The position numbers and the translations under genes are program-made. The notes beneath the pieces were generated by a model. That model did no database searches and had not been told where the DNA came from. It saw nothing but the letters and a program-made list of their open reading frames with translations. A DNA stretch of 64,000 bases from Octopus sinensis (Eukaryota): assembly GCF_006345805.1 (NCBI RefSeq), contig NC_043002.1:108376001-108440000 (forward strand), written 5' to 3'. Positions 63,565 through 64,000 of this stretch are shown one piece after another. Within the stretch, counting starts at the first letter, position 1; every line of letters begins with the position of its first letter.

Positions 63565-64000
63565 GCATGTATATATGTGTATATATATGTGTACATATTA
63601 CATGTACATCTATATATATACTTCTACACATAAAATACAAAATACAAAGTTATATCTTGATATCGCTAGTGATAACAATACTCAAAATATATAACAGACT
63701 GGAATTGTTAGCCCATCTCTTGTAATTTCGATCAATTGTATCTTGTCCTCCCTCTTGTATAGAAGTGTGGCTACAATCCAGCCTACCTGGGGGGTGGGGG
63801 CATTTAAAATTTTTTCCGGGACGTTCTATGTCCCAGATATAAAGGTAAAAATAAAATATTTCCACTTTGCAAGTTCGAGTCGAGTACTCCCTTGCACGCT
63901 CCGTTGACTCGAACCTTGCTTCTATTGTGGCGAATTTACCGCCTCTGATTAGATATCTTTCATAGTTGCACCAAGACACTTTTCAAAGGTGCTTTCCTCC

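Overview
This is eukaryotic, AT-rich, repeat-saturated DNA. The SINE/LINE families and dense microsatellites point to an octopus (cephalopod) genome; that assignment comes from recognising the families, not from a search. I could not identify any host protein-coding gene. The ORFs I could recognise are transposon-derived, and many of the others are microsatellite or SINE read-through. Contents: at least 4 tRNA-headed SINE families (about 40 copies or fragments), 5'-truncated LINEs of several clades (about 5 RTE-like families, CR1, R4/Dong-like), mariner and maT DNA transposons, piggyBac-, hAT- and Helitron-type non-autonomous elements, and LTR-like pieces. The most interesting signal is a set of minimal type I hammerhead-ribozyme motifs of the Penelope-like element (PLE) kind. 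These include a 350-bp fold-back with an intact-looking ribozyme in each arm (46656-47009) and a tandem 1.1-kb duplication with one motif per unit (35009-37253). Two LINE-SINE shared 3' tails are also visible within the window. A few weak candidate exons and CpG-retaining patches are reported at low confidence. There is no CRISPR array, rRNA or genuine tRNA gene. Coordinates were read by eye: edges marked by TSDs or TIRs are good to a few bases, other edges are approximate.
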